Shown here: in pieces, positions 17,688-28,560 of the stretch
Numbering within the stretch: position 1 is the stretch's first letter
Layout of the letters: every line of letters starts with the position of its first letter
NCBI RefSeq assembly: GCF_050320075.1
Contig: NZ_CP190018.1
Length of the DNA: 64,000 bases
Direction: 5' to 3' (one strand)
Source of the DNA: Escherichia coli
GTDB taxonomy: Bacteria > Pseudomonadota > Gammaproteobacteria > Enterobacterales > Enterobacteriaceae
Notes under the pieces: generated by a model
Databases searched by the model: none
Told to the model about the DNA's origin: nothing
The model's input: only the letters and a program-made list of their open reading frames with translations
Program-made: the position numbers and the translations under genes

Positions 17688-17815
17688 ATAGACTGCGAAA
17701 CGCGACAAAACACAACATATCCAGTCACTATGAATCAACTACTTAGATGGTATTAGTGACCTGTAACAGAGTATTAGCGCAAGGTGATTTTTTGTCTTCT
17801 TGCGCTAATTTTTTG
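17688..17815 (+). other. Lambda-like attP P-arm plus sib/tI hairpin relic
   Basis: aaaacacaacatatccagtcactatgaatcaactacttagatggtattagtgacctgtaacagag, then ttagcgcaag...cttgcgctaa + T6 (17774-17814). Matches the lambda attP P arm and sib region as I recall it. No core or int. Confidence 0.6.
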
Positions 17816-17885
17816 TCAACGCACTGGGTTAGTTGAATTTACAACCATGCTCAGTTTGGTGATCTCTTTAGGTCGATTGTTATGG

Positions 17886-18926
17886 TTATGCTCTGCTTGA
17901 TTCAGTGATTTTGGAATCCTGCATTTTAGTAATCATACCCATAATTTTATGCCTAAGCTTTTCCATTGGGTTTTCGATTAGATAAAAACTTACCGCCCCA
18001 ACTAAGATTGATGCTACCATCGTTGCTATATACATATAGAAACTGATTCCTACGTACCACACACCCATTGCTAGAATCAGGAAGTGCCATAGGTATATAG
18101 AGAAGCTCCATTTACCAATGTAAGACATTAACGGTGTTGACAGAGCCCAAGCAAATACACCTTCTCCATAGCTCATTAGCAGAACAATGAGTCCAAATAT
18201 TGGCGCATAGAAAATAAATTTGTTGAGAACCCATCCATCAGTAAACCCACCAGTTAACTTCCACATAACTTTAGGCAGTGCAATAAGCATTGATACAATA
18301 AAGAACAGGAAGGCTATATCAGACAACTCTTGACCAATTTTAAGGAAATTATCGTGATAGAGAAATGCTGCAATCATTCCGCAAGCAAACAGTGGGAAAT
18401 ACCACATCACCATTCCGCCATACGCACTATCCATCGCAGGGTACAATCCCTGTAGCAATACAGCCAGTGCGAAAATAAGGAATGCCGCTGCTTTTCCATT
18501 GTACACTTTTTGAATTGCGACACCAGCATACGCAAAGAATGGAAGTATGAAGTAGAATTTATACTCAATTGGTATTGTCCAGAAATGAAGCACGGCCTCT
18601 TTCATCGTTATGATTGAGATTGCCGTATTCAAATCAAAATACCCAAAATATGAATACACGAGAACAGCTATTGCGAACACCGGAAGGATTCTCATTGTTC
18701 TTCCAAGGAAATAACTTAAAAGAGACCGCCAGGAAAATCCGGTAGAAATAAATCTACTGGTTAGCAAAAATGCGCTGAGAACAAAGAATATCCAAACGCC
18801 AAACTGTGAACTTCCACCAAGCATAACCTCATACTCATGAAAATATATTCCTGTAGCGTGGGCTATTATTACAAGGAATACCGCTATTGCCCTTAGTCCA
18901 TCAAGAGACTTGATTTTACCTTTCAT
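17886..18926 (-). CDS. oac: Acyltransferase-3 family membrane protein (O-antigen acetyltransferase-like, lysogenic conversion)
   Basis: 346 aa from MKGKIKSLDGLRAIAVFLVIIAH (start 18926). About 10 hydrophobic segments. Sits directly after the tailspike, as oac does in Sf6. Confidence 0.75.
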   Translation of the reverse strand: MKGKIKSLDGLRAIAVFLVIIAHATGIYFHEYEVMLGGSSQFGVWIFFVLSAFLLTSRFISTGFSWRSLLSYFLGRTMRILPVFAIAVLVYSYFGYFDLNTAISIITMKEAVLHFWTIPIEYKFYFILPFFAYAGVAIQKVYNGKAAAFLIFALAVLLQGLYPAMDSAYGGMVMWYFPLFACGMIAAFLYHDNFLKIGQELSDIAFLFFIVSMLIALPKVMWKLTGGFTDGWVLNKFIFYAPIFGLIVLLMSYGEGVFAWALSTPLMSYIGKWSFSIYLWHFLILAMGVWYVGISFYMYIATMVASILVGAVSFYLIENPMEKLRHKIMGMITKMQDSKITESSRA

Positions 18927-19009
18927 TTCTTTCCCAGATATGGAGTGAACATCTGCGAAAATGTAGCACATTTCAAGGTAAACAAGAAGCGCATCCATGC
19001 GCATTTTCA

Positions 19010-20929
19010 TCACCCTGCCTTGGTGTATGTCCAGTTAAATGTTGTTGTTCCCTGGCTTGTGATGGTTACAATCCTTCCTGTCACTGTAAATGATATCAAC
19101 CCTCCTGACTTAAGCGGAGTTAAAGTAAGTGTTGTTCCGTCCCACATGGCAAGCTGAAGCGAAGAGAAATTTGTTCCACTGCTTTCTGCCCAAACGCTTA
19201 TCAGGTACATCCCTTGGCTATTTGGCAGTTCAAACAACGTAGTTGCTACGTTAGCTGCAACAGCCTGAGTTCCTTTCGCTGTGTACACTGCTGGCAACTG
19301 ATTACCTGCAGAGCTTCGTGATTCAACATATGAGCCTGAAGTTTGCGTCCCAGTTAATGAGCAGTCAGTAAATACTCCATTCCCTGTGCTGTAAGTTGAT
19401 ATTACAGGAGTCCCACCAGTCGGAGCCTTAAACCGGCATCCCTCAGCAATTATTTTTGCTGTTGAGTCTGTCAGCAATGTGTTTGGGTATCCAGAGCCAG
19501 TGTAGGTTATTGATTCGCTATCAAGGAAGCTATCGGTACTTGATTTTATGTTAACAATGCTTGTGCCTGTTGCAAAGATAAATGCTGCTGTCCCACTCCC
19601 CGTTGTTTGCATTGAGTTTCCATGCCCGGCCAATCCTGATATATGGGCAATAGTATCATTAAGTTTTATATACGACGCAGTAATTCCATTTGTATTTTTT
19701 ATTATATTAGACTCACCATCATACCCTGTAATAGTAAGACACTTACATCCAGAAAAATATAACCCTGAGGAATCAAATGTATATTGCGACCCGTCAACTG
19801 TGATCTGGTCTCCTGCACAGTTTATTAGCTGAGGAGACAGGCAATTTACAACATACCATGCCTGTGCTGCATCCAGCACATAACATGTATCCCACTGTAT
19901 TGTCGTTCCGTTCGCCTTATAGAAACCATGCGCAACTCTCCTCGCCCATACCTGGGTATACTTTGTTAGGTAATTTCCAGAGTCATCATATATGGCCCAC
20001 CATGCACCATCAACCTCAACATTTTTAATGTGCATAACGCCTGGTGAAGTAGTTCCTCCATCAATTAGAATGCCAATTTTACCATCATTGCCAGTAGGTG
20101 ATGTAGGGCGTCCTCCATCGTAAAAAATATAGACATTTTCAATATTTATTGTATTAAACGCTGCGTGGTAATGGAAACAAGCTATATTTCCTATTACTGC
20201 TATGAAAGTTTCCGGCCTATTTATGTTGCTGTTTGTTTCGCCATTTATTGTGCAGTTTGAATTCATCTCTATCGTTGCATTTACGAAGTAAGTTCCAGAT
20301 GTCAATAATACATTCCGCCCTGTATTAATTGCGGCCTGTATGCCTGCATAGTCAAGAGACTGAGTTAGTGATGTTACGAATGGATAAACAGCCTGCGCCG
20401 CTGATAGTGTGGAGAATTTCTCGCTGAGTGGATGCAGAGTTCCGTCAGCTGTTGCACCGAAATCCTTGGCTGAAATGAAGTTGGTATTTTTATCATGTTG
20501 AGTTAAAGCTATTGAGCCGATATATGGCTGCTTAACTGCAACTAGTGCATCTCCCATTCCATCAGCATCGCTTTCTAACTGCTGCTTAAACTGATCAGGG
20601 TCATACTTCAGCACATTAGGAAAATAGAACTGCTGTGCACCATACGCATCATATACAGCCATAGAATGGCCTTGCACAGTTACGAACTTGGCAATCTGTC
20701 CGTTATATACAGGGTAACCAGCGGCGTTAATGATGATTGGTTGCGAAACAGGAACGTGAGAGCCGTCTTCGTTCTCTACATAAACCTGAATCTGGTTTTC
20801 TGGATTTACTGGGTCCGTGTCAATTTTACCGATATAAATTTTGCCATTGGCAACCGCTTTAAAAGAACGCGCCATAGTGAAGAGTTGCGAAGGCATGCTT
20901 ACCACAACATTTGCGGTGATATCTGACAT
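19010..20929 (-). CDS. Tailspike: P22-type N-terminal head-binding domain with divergent receptor-binding body
   Basis: 639 aa from [40 protein letters not shown] (start 20929). The N-terminal ~110 aa are P22 gp9-like. The remainder is Gly/Thr/Asn-rich, like a beta-helix. Confidence 0.85.
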   Translation of the reverse strand: MSDITANVVVSMPSQLFTMARSFKAVANGKIYIGKIDTDPVNPENQIQVYVENEDGSHVPVSQPIIINAAGYPVYNGQIAKFVTVQGHSMAVYDAYGAQQFYFPNVLKYDPDQFKQQLESDADGMGDALVAVKQPYIGSIALTQHDKNTNFISAKDFGATADGTLHPLSEKFSTLSAAQAVYPFVTSLTQSLDYAGIQAAINTGRNVLLTSGTYFVNATIEMNSNCTINGETNSNINRPETFIAVIGNIACFHYHAAFNTINIENVYIFYDGGRPTSPTGNDGKIGILIDGGTTSPGVMHIKNVEVDGAWWAIYDDSGNYLTKYTQVWARRVAHGFYKANGTTIQWDTCYVLDAAQAWYVVNCLSPQLINCAGDQITVDGSQYTFDSSGLYFSGCKCLTITGYDGESNIIKNTNGITASYIKLNDTIAHISGLAGHGNSMQTTGSGTAAFIFATGTSIVNIKSSTDSFLDSESITYTGSGYPNTLLTDSTAKIIAEGCRFKAPTGGTPVISTYSTGNGVFTDCSLTGTQTSGSYVESRSSAGNQLPAVYTAKGTQAVAANVATTLFELPNSQGMYLISVWAESSGTNFSSLQLAMWDGTTLTLTPLKSGGLISFTVTGRIVTITSQGTTTFNWTYTKAG

Positions 20930-21050
20930 TTCATTGCTCCAGACGAATGATATGATGCAACCATGATGTGATTGCATACCGAAATGGTACTATTGAGTAT
21001 TTATCCAGTAGGTTACGATGCCATTCCACCCAACTGGTGAGGCATCAAGG

Positions 21051-21311
21051 ATGTACAGCAAATACGACGAGGCGCAGTTTCACTTGAGACTTCCGCATGA
21101 ACTCCACGCGAAAATTAAGCAGCGTGCGAAGATGAATAACAGGTCGCTGAACTCAGAGATAATTGCAGCGATTGAGGAATCATTGGATAAACAAAGCTCT
21201 GCATCAGTTTACATTGACGATGCAGAGCGTATGGCAGAACAACAATCTGATATGGTTAAGAAAATTGTCTTTGATACGCTCAAGAAGCTATATAAAAAAG
21301 ACAGCAGATAA
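21051..21311 (+). CDS. mnt: Mnt-like ribbon-helix-helix repressor (immI remnant)
   Basis: 86 aa. The C-terminus DDAERMAEQQSDMVKKIVFDTLKKLYKK closely resembles P22 Mnt. No arc or ant genes nearby. Confidence 0.75.
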   Translation: MYSKYDEAQFHLRLPHELHAKIKQRAKMNNRSLNSEIIAAIEESLDKQSSASVYIDDAERMAEQQSDMVKKIVFDTLKKLYKKDSR

Positions 21312-21400
21312 CCATCCGTTACGGAGGATTTATGCACAGAGATATGCTGAATATTGCGTTCTACATATTTGGTTTTTGCACGTTCCTGGTGTTTGCGAAG

Positions 21401-23794
21401 CTATTCTGACAGCGCATCAGACTTAGCCCCCTGAGTCAGGGCGTTAATGGCCTTTTGTGCCTGCTGCATGGCTTTCTCGAACGCTGTTGATCCGCGTGGG
21501 GTGTTTGCCATTCGGAGCATTGCATTTCTGAATGGCTCGCTCTCATAGGCGCGAGTAAGAAGTCCGTAGCTTACCGCTGCGCCAGTTGTCGCAGGGTTCA
21601 TTGCTGTCCCATATCCGATAATGAACGGGATGGTTTGCTGCCCTGTTGGTGTTGTTACTGCCGCTTTTGCAGCCTGCTGCGTGGATTGCAGGTAGTTTTT
21701 CAATCCTTTCAGATAAGCGGCTTCCTGACCTTTAAATGTGATGCCAGTCTGGTTTTGCAGGATGTTAAGCTGTCGAAGGAACTGGTCAGGGGAACCACCT
21801 GATTTCTCCATCGCCTTTCCAATGATGCCATTGCGCATTTGCGCCCTGCCAACACGACCAACTGAGTTATACAGCGTCTTAATTTCCGATTTGTTCTTGC
21901 TGAATAGCATGTTGTTGACAACTTCCGGCGTCAGGTCGCCTTTCATGAGAACATTCTTCAGCCTGGTATTCTTTAGTTTCGCCGCTTCGTCAGCGTAGAC
22001 GGCATTGGCCTGCTGATATTTACGGAGAGTATCGTTGCCAAGATTCTGACCAATGGCACCATTGATATCGTCGGTCATTGCCTTGTAAACGCGCTGAATG
22101 GCAGCATCGGAACGGTTTGGTAACACTGGTCGCTCCCCCTTCACGTCCATTCTGAACTGGCTGCGCAGATCGCTTAATTGCTTCAAATCCAGATTTACCG
22201 GACCATCAGGACCAGCATTGCGAACAAGCTCATCACGATAGGACTGAAGTTTTGAAATAGTCTCGTTATCAGCAACCTTACCAAGCTTCTGCAGGTTAGA
22301 TATTTCTGTATCAATCTGCTGAATTGCTCTTGCAGGCTGAATGTTTATTCCCGCCATAGCATTCTGAACCTGCTCCAGTCGATTTCCTGCAGCGCGACGA
22401 ATTCCTGATGTTTTCGCTTTAAGGCTGTCAATAACAACCGCTGGATCATACTCACCGAATTTATCAGCAAATCTCTGCACCAACTGGCTTCTCGCTTCCT
22501 GTTGCGTTGCTCTCATTCCGCTTGTGCCAGCCAGAGGGATATTTTCTGCTGTAGTCTGCGCCATTTTTCCGACGCGGGAAGTTGGTTGTAACAGGTCTGT
22601 GGTGTGCAGAGGAACTCCTTCACGCTCTGCAAATCTGATAGCCTGCTGCGCTTCTGGCGCGATAGCACCACGAACGCCACGATAAGCAGCACCTAACCCA
22701 CGTCCGGCAGCGTTAATAGCACCGCCAGTAAGTACACCAACGCCTAAATCGGTGGCGAGTGCTTCCGCATCATCTTTCGCACTATTTGCAGCAAGTGATC
22801 CAACTGCGTTTTCTGCGAGAAGTCGTGTTGCCCCCTGAGCAATTCGACCAGCAAGTGTTGGTGCCTGTGCCGCCGCTCTCTCAACGCCAGCAGGAGTGAG
22901 GTAAGGCAATGATTCAGCAAATACCCTTCCCTCTGTCGTTTGTGGAGTCAGCGCGCCTTGCTGAAGGCCAAAGTCCTGCTCTAATCCCTGCGTTGTTACT
23001 CGTGGCGCTGGTTGATATGTCCCATCGCCAATGCCGAGTTTACCTCCAGCCCAAGCCGCCGCGCTTGTTACAGCATCAGTGAGTTCAGCAGGTATGTTCG
23101 CTACGTTGATTCCTGCCTGTAGTAAGCCGCGCCCGGTTTCAGCAAGTCCATTACCAAGGTCAGACATTATTCCGCCTTGCTGCTGAACAGGTTTCGGTGC
23201 GACAGAACTTACGGGTTGAGGTGGCTGCTGACTGGCTGCCTGCTGCTCAATCTGAGCAAATGGATTATTTGGGTCTGACTGCACGCCTGATGCCGATACT
23301 TGTTCGGATGACTGTGCTTCCAGTTGTGCAAACGGGTTGTTAGGGTCTTGCTGAGGATGTACCTTTGCAGAGGTGGCGCGCTGTTCGACTGTTGAGTCTG
23401 TCACCGGGTCACCCGCCCATTGAGCAAAGCGATCATCAACGTAACCGCGGCCTTCAGGTCCTGGCGTATATTCACCACGCTTTGCCTTCATAACGTTGCC
23501 GGGACCGTCGTGATAAGCCTGAAGAGCGTCACGCCAGTTACCAAACTGCTGGTACATCTTTGCCAGATAGCGCGCGCCAGCGTCAGCCTGATATTCGGGG
23601 TTTTGCATTTGCTCATCGGTATAACCCATATCACGCCATGTCCCAGGCATGACCTGAGTCAATCCTACAGCCCCGGCGGAGCTTACTGCGGCAGGGTTGT
23701 AAGAAGACTCCTTGGCACCCAGTGCAGTCATCAACCCTTCTGGCACACCGTAACGTGCGCCAGCCTGCTCTAACAAATCACGGTAATTAGCCAT
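21401..23794 (-). CDS. Ejection (internal) protein, gp16-position, with N-terminal lytic transglycosylase (SLT) domain
   Basis: 797 aa. Has the GAKESSYNPAAVSSAGAVGLTQVMPGTW SLT motif, and a tandem DPNNPFAQ(L/I)E repeat after it. Last of three ejection-protein genes. Confidence 0.7.
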   Translation of the reverse strand: MANYRDLLEQAGARYGVPEGLMTALGAKESSYNPAAVSSAGAVGLTQVMPGTWRDMGYTDEQMQNPEYQADAGARYLAKMYQQFGNWRDALQAYHDGPGNVMKAKRGEYTPGPEGRGYVDDRFAQWAGDPVTDSTVEQRATSAKVHPQQDPNNPFAQLEAQSSEQVSASGVQSDPNNPFAQIEQQAASQQPPQPVSSVAPKPVQQQGGIMSDLGNGLAETGRGLLQAGINVANIPAELTDAVTSAAAWAGGKLGIGDGTYQPAPRVTTQGLEQDFGLQQGALTPQTTEGRVFAESLPYLTPAGVERAAAQAPTLAGRIAQGATRLLAENAVGSLAANSAKDDAEALATDLGVGVLTGGAINAAGRGLGAAYRGVRGAIAPEAQQAIRFAEREGVPLHTTDLLQPTSRVGKMAQTTAENIPLAGTSGMRATQQEARSQLVQRFADKFGEYDPAVVIDSLKAKTSGIRRAAGNRLEQVQNAMAGINIQPARAIQQIDTEISNLQKLGKVADNETISKLQSYRDELVRNAGPDGPVNLDLKQLSDLRSQFRMDVKGERPVLPNRSDAAIQRVYKAMTDDINGAIGQNLGNDTLRKYQQANAVYADEAAKLKNTRLKNVLMKGDLTPEVVNNMLFSKNKSEIKTLYNSVGRVGRAQMRNGIIGKAMEKSGGSPDQFLRQLNILQNQTGITFKGQEAAYLKGLKNYLQSTQQAAKAAVTTPTGQQTIPFIIGYGTAMNPATTGAAVSYGLLTRAYESEPFRNAMLRMANTPRGSTAFEKAMQQAQKAINALTQGAKSDALSE

Positions 23795-25126
23795 TTACTG
23801 CCCCAAAGATGGAAGATATCCGTAGCGATTAATGAAGTCGATTGACAGTTCGGGGTGCTGCTTCAGGTAATCTATAGAAGCCTGAGGCGCTTCCACTCGC
23901 TTGATACCGTTTTGCTGAACGTACTTACCAACCGCCTCATTACGCTTCTGGTTGAGCGTGTTCAGGATGACGCCAGCGTTGCGACGAAAGGACTCCTCGC
24001 TCTGCGAGTTCTGCAGCGAACCAACAGCCTGGTCGAGCTTTTTGCCCTCGGCATCAGAAAGTGCGCCCATGCCTCGCATGGCCTGAACCGCTGTCAGGTA
24101 TGCTTGTGATTTAAAGGTATCAAGTCGTGCCTGAGTGTCTGCAGCCTGTGAGCCTGGAACGTTGGGGATTACTCCACGTAAGCCTGTAATGCTCTTAAGT
24201 GAAGGAGAACTAACGATATCGTTCAGAGTGAACATGCTGGTTGTGAGGGTGTTGATGCCGTCTTTGTAGCCATCATTTAGCGCTTGCTGCTTCTGCTGCA
24301 ACTGCTGGTTGTTGGCTGCTATGCGGCTCTGTATTTCCTGGCGCTTCAGGTCGTTAGTTTCTGCTGATAGCATCCGGTCAAGGCGCTTATTTTCGTTGTT
24401 AATGCGGTTTGTTTCTGCGTCCAGATTAATGCGCTGCTGACCTAAATTCGCCTGGATATCTTGCCCGCGCATTGTGATTGCTTGATTCCGAGCGGCGGTT
24501 TGCGAATCCAGGTCCTGACCGCGCATGGCAACCTGGCGACCCTGCATTTTATCCTGTAGGTCAAAGTATTTTTCGGGTCCGAGACTGTTCATCCCCAGGT
24601 GATCGACAAATTCTCCGAACTGCCGCGGGTTCTGTTGGTACATCTGAGCGACGTCCTGAGGATTAACGCCAACACGAGCTAACTCACCGGCGTTGTTTTG
24701 CAGCCATGATTGCATTGCTTCTGGAGACGATGACGCAAGGCGTGCGCCAGCCGCTAAGGTGCCGATAGAATTACGCTGGTCTTCATCAATGAATCCCATG
24801 CCTTTACGAACGGATTCAATCTGGTCTGGATATTGAGTAGCCAACTGACGCAAAGCACCGCGATCACCAGAAGCATAAGCATTAGCGTATGCCTGCTGAA
24901 ATTCTTTCTGCCGCTGAGCCTGCTTTTCCTGCTGAAACACCCCCGCAATACCTGAAAGGCCTTGCAAAGCAGTCAGCCCAACATTGTTAGCTCCTGAACG
25001 CTCAATATCATTGTTCTGCCTGATAAGCTGAAGCGTATTGCCGATGTCATTTACGCTCGGAGCGTTTGAGTTGACGCCGCCGATACCAGCCAACAATCCG
25101 CCATTTGATCCTTGCCAAGTAGCCAT
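23795..25126 (-). CDS. Ejection protein, gp20-position
   Basis: 443 aa, Gln/Asn-rich and coiled. Lies between the gp7-like and gp16-like genes. Confidence 0.6.
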   Translation of the reverse strand: MATWQGSNGGLLAGIGGVNSNAPSVNDIGNTLQLIRQNNDIERSGANNVGLTALQGLSGIAGVFQQEKQAQRQKEFQQAYANAYASGDRGALRQLATQYPDQIESVRKGMGFIDEDQRNSIGTLAAGARLASSSPEAMQSWLQNNAGELARVGVNPQDVAQMYQQNPRQFGEFVDHLGMNSLGPEKYFDLQDKMQGRQVAMRGQDLDSQTAARNQAITMRGQDIQANLGQQRINLDAETNRINNENKRLDRMLSAETNDLKRQEIQSRIAANNQQLQQKQQALNDGYKDGINTLTTSMFTLNDIVSSPSLKSITGLRGVIPNVPGSQAADTQARLDTFKSQAYLTAVQAMRGMGALSDAEGKKLDQAVGSLQNSQSEESFRRNAGVILNTLNQKRNEAVGKYVQQNGIKRVEAPQASIDYLKQHPELSIDFINRYGYLPSLGQ

Positions 25127-25135
25127 GATTACCCC

Positions 25136-25828
25136 TTAAAACAACGAGCCAAGCAATCCGATACCAGCACCAATGCCAGCGCCCCAAGGTGTTGATGTTC
25201 CCAAAAGGCTGGCAAGACCTGCACCGGTAATCGCACCAGACGTGCCACCGCTAATTGCAGTCTGAAGACTTGATGGTTTATTGGCATTAGCAGCGGCAAG
25301 AGCTGCGCTTTGCTGTGCAATGCTGCTCATGTTGTTGGCGTACGTCTGCCCGGCGTTTGCCTGACCTTGCAGCGCACCAAGCCCAACGTTTGCCAGATTG
25401 TTGTAATTGCTCATCTGATTTGATAACCAAGACTGACCGAGTGTCGGCGCGATCGTAGCCAGTTGATTGCTTGTGGCTGTCGAACCAAGTCCACCCGTCG
25501 CCTCCGCAGCAGCAAGACTCTGGTAACGCGCCTGCCCTGCAAGGTCTTTATACTGCTGAGAGTTGTAATACTGATTAAGTGCCTGCCCCTGACCTTCTAA
25601 ACTGGAAAGGTTCTGAAGCTGGTTAACATACTGCTCCGCAAGAGGCGTGAACGGAGCAAGGTTTTTCATGATCGTCTGCCACTGCTGATTTTGCAGATCT
25701 GCAGCATACTTCTGAGCTTCTGCTGCATACTTTGCGCTTTTATCAGAACTGCCACCTTTCCCGCCTTTTTCAGGGCAATAAGGTTCCTCGCCGCGCAGTT
25801 TTCTGCCCAGCTTAAATGCATATAACAT
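25136..25828 (-). CDS. Ejection protein, P22 gp7-like
   Basis: 230 aa. The N-terminus MLYAFKLGRKLRGEEPYCPEKGGKGGS resembles P22 gp7. Confidence 0.7.
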   Translation of the reverse strand: MLYAFKLGRKLRGEEPYCPEKGGKGGSSDKSAKYAAEAQKYAADLQNQQWQTIMKNLAPFTPLAEQYVNQLQNLSSLEGQGQALNQYYNSQQYKDLAGQARYQSLAAAEATGGLGSTATSNQLATIAPTLGQSWLSNQMSNYNNLANVGLGALQGQANAGQTYANNMSSIAQQSAALAAANANKPSSLQTAISGGTSGAITGAGLASLLGTSTPWGAGIGAGIGLLGSLF

Positions 25829-25830
25829 GG

Positions 25831-26289
25831 CTATCTCCCGTGATTCAGGAAGTCGATTAGTTCTTCGCGTGTGGCGCTGTAAAAAGTCACGTCATCCACG
25901 CCTTTAAAGTATTTCTTGATGGTTCCGACACGCTTAAGGCCAATCATTGCGCAGTACATCTGACCGTGGCGGAATTTGCGTGCAGCGAACGATGTTACGC
26001 ACTGAACGGTGGTGTTAGTCAGAATGTATCTCCAGAACGCCAGCCCGATTTCCTTGCTGAAGCCGCGAATCTCTGGCAGGTACATGGCGTGGCAATCGAA
26101 TGTCAGCGGCTGAATCTCTTGATAGTAAACAATGCCGCCAAACTGACCGTGCACGTTAACCTCAAAGTAACGGCATTCAGGCTTGTAGTCGTATCCATCA
26201 CCGTTGTTGCTTCCGGCAATAATGTCAGGGTGATTTCCGACTGCTTCGATCAGGTCGATGTTTCGCGTTGGTTTGAACTGAATCATCAC
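25831..26289 (-). CDS. P22 gp14-like head assembly/ejection-associated protein
   Basis: 152 aa. Position between the tail needle and gp7. Sequence recalled as gp14-like. Confidence 0.6.
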   Translation of the reverse strand: MMIQFKPTRNIDLIEAVGNHPDIIAGSNNGDGYDYKPECRYFEVNVHGQFGGIVYYQEIQPLTFDCHAMYLPEIRGFSKEIGLAFWRYILTNTTVQCVTSFAARKFRHGQMYCAMIGLKRVGTIKKYFKGVDDVTFYSATREELIDFLNHGR

Positions 26290-27134
26290 TGCTCCGCGAT
26301 TATCTTGATGGTTGTGGCAGTAAACGCCGCACCATTCGACTGAATGGTTAACGTACTGCCATTTGTGGCAAGAAATCCGTCTTTATCCACGCTGAAGAAC
26401 GTAGCTAACAAGATGTTATCGGTTGTTGTCGCCGAGTTGCGACTGCTTACCAGTGTGTCAGGAACAGAACCGGAAAAGGTTAGCTGCATTGACCTGTTGG
26501 CTGTTCCGCTGGGCCACGTCCCGACAATCGACAGCTTGAAGAACAGGGTTTTGTTCTCGTTGAACACAACCATCTTGTTGTTAACGGTGTCGAAGAATGG
26601 CGCCAACGCGCCGGATGACGGCGTGAGCGTTTTCAGCAGGCTAACAAGGTTGGTCGGCGCTGTCGGGATGGTTACAGATACGCCAGAGTAAACAACCTCT
26701 GACTTTTTGCGAGTAGTGGCATACTCCAGAGCATCGATGCGCGTTTCATGGTCTGAAACCTGCGATTCCAGCGACTGAACTCTGGTATCAAGCGACGCAA
26801 TATCGCTTTCATTCTGAGCTATTCGTGTTTCATGTTCCTGAAGAGTTGATTCTGCCTGGCTGATTCGCTCCTCATGATTAACAAGCGTTGCTTCCGCAGC
26901 AGAAATTCGCTGCTCATGGTCAGCGAGAATCACATCCTGCTCATCGTTCCTGACCTGTGCATCATAAGCGCCCTGTCCGGCCTCGTTGGCCTTGTTAGCC
27001 ACGTTACCAACATCAGTGCCCTGTGCGATAACGTAAAGCAGATACGACTGCGAGAAGATATTGCGTGGAAGGACTGATGTGTCGAGCCGCGTAGCCTGGA
27101 TGATTACCGGCACATTGAGATTCGAATCCGCCAT
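26286..27134 (-). CDS. Tail needle (gp26 analogue) with C-terminal knob, Sf6-type
   Basis: 282 aa. Has a heptad-rich trimeric coiled-coil core ([40 protein letters not shown]) plus a ~130-aa C-terminal beta-rich domain. Confidence 0.8.
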   Translation of the reverse strand: MADSNLNVPVIIQATRLDTSVLPRNIFSQSYLLYVIAQGTDVGNVANKANEAGQGAYDAQVRNDEQDVILADHEQRISAAEATLVNHEERISQAESTLQEHETRIAQNESDIASLDTRVQSLESQVSDHETRIDALEYATTRKKSEVVYSGVSVTIPTAPTNLVSLLKTLTPSSGALAPFFDTVNNKMVVFNENKTLFFKLSIVGTWPSGTANRSMQLTFSGSVPDTLVSSRNSATTTDNILLATFFSVDKDGFLATNGSTLTIQSNGAAFTATTIKIIAEQ

Positions 27135-28552
27135 TACTCAATCCTTATCTGGCAGCCAGACAGAGTGACAGGTGACTTCGTGATAACGCGCAATTTGAAG
27201 CCGACATTTTTCCTGATGCGCCCTACTCGCTTCCACAAAACGCGTTTGTCGTAAACGAACGGTTCATTCTGCTCAATCATCTGCTCACGCCCGTAATTGA
27301 TGCCGTCAGTGGTTGCAGAGAGAAAAAGGCGGTCAGCATACTGCGCAACGCCAGTTGACGATTCAACCTCAAGGTCGAACACTCTGGCGTTATCCGCTTT
27401 GAACAGTGGAGTAAACAGCAGGTGTTCCTGTTGCTTGTCGTACTGGCTGCTGATGTCGAATTGCAATTTCCCGGTCACGGACTCCAGCTTATCGCCACAC
27501 GTTATCTGATTGCCTTCGTAAATGAAGTCGATAGCGCGGTACACATCGTCATACAGGCCTGTTTTCAGCACACACCATTGCGGACCATTGGCACTTGAAG
27601 ATGCGTCGTACACGAGGACGTGACGCGGAAGATGGATAATCAGCAACTCATGAGCATCAAACCGCAGCGATTCCATCACACCATCAGCCAGTTCATCAGC
27701 AGTGTAGGAGCGTAGTATTTTCTCAATGCTCGCGCTGGCGATTGGTGACACCTGACCGGAGCCGATGATGTATACAGACGGCGCACCTGTTGCCGGATTG
27801 CTGATAAACGCATAGGAATCAGCAAACGGCGTTTTGCAGTAAGTCCCGGCGATTCCTTTTTGCACCATCAGTGATGGCTGTGCGACATACAAAGCGGCAC
27901 CAACGGTGGTTGCGCCAGTCAGGGAGAAATATTCAATCGTCGATGAACCAAAGCAGACGATGAAGTCTCGCCATGTTCCGATGCCGATGATGCCGTCCGG
28001 CTGCGATTCTGCGCGATATTGTGCACTGTATCGGTCAGGGTGCGATTCGTCTTCAAGGTCAGTGATAAACCATGAATCAGTTCCGTCTTTTGACCACGCA
28101 TAACGCCCACGTAAGCGCGTAATGTCGCGAACTGAACCTAACTCGTACTGTGTGAATCCGCTGTCTGTAGGCCAGTTTGAGACGGTTTTAACCGTGCCAT
28201 CATAGCGATACTCGACCAGTTGACCATTAACGCCTACCGCCTGTGATGTTCGACCATGCGCCATTGATACTCTACCACTTCCGGCAACATCACCGACTTC
28301 ACTTTCTCCTTTGTACAGCTTGCCACCACACACGCGATAAACAGCACTCTGCGCCATGTTGTACTCGACGCCGCGAGATACACCGTTCACATCAGAACGT
28401 TTGGCAATGCCCGGGAATGAGCGAAGATATCCGCTGCTGTTGAGTATTTCTTTGGGTGTAGCCAGCATATTCACTGGCATATAGTCGATATAGTCAGCGT
28501 TTCTAAAGTCTTTGCCGACACCTTTCATAAGCGGAAGTTGCTGAATCGGCAT
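27134..28552 (-). CDS. Tail hub / head-completion protein, P22 gp10-like
   Basis: 472 aa, the same length and position as P22 gp10. Confidence 0.75.
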   Translation of the reverse strand: MPIQQLPLMKGVGKDFRNADYIDYMPVNMLATPKEILNSSGYLRSFPGIAKRSDVNGVSRGVEYNMAQSAVYRVCGGKLYKGESEVGDVAGSGRVSMAHGRTSQAVGVNGQLVEYRYDGTVKTVSNWPTDSGFTQYELGSVRDITRLRGRYAWSKDGTDSWFITDLEDESHPDRYSAQYRAESQPDGIIGIGTWRDFIVCFGSSTIEYFSLTGATTVGAALYVAQPSLMVQKGIAGTYCKTPFADSYAFISNPATGAPSVYIIGSGQVSPIASASIEKILRSYTADELADGVMESLRFDAHELLIIHLPRHVLVYDASSSANGPQWCVLKTGLYDDVYRAIDFIYEGNQITCGDKLESVTGKLQFDISSQYDKQQEHLLFTPLFKADNARVFDLEVESSTGVAQYADRLFLSATTDGINYGREQMIEQNEPFVYDKRVLWKRVGRIRKNVGFKLRVITKSPVTLSGCQIRIE

Positions 28553-28560
28553 TTATTCAC

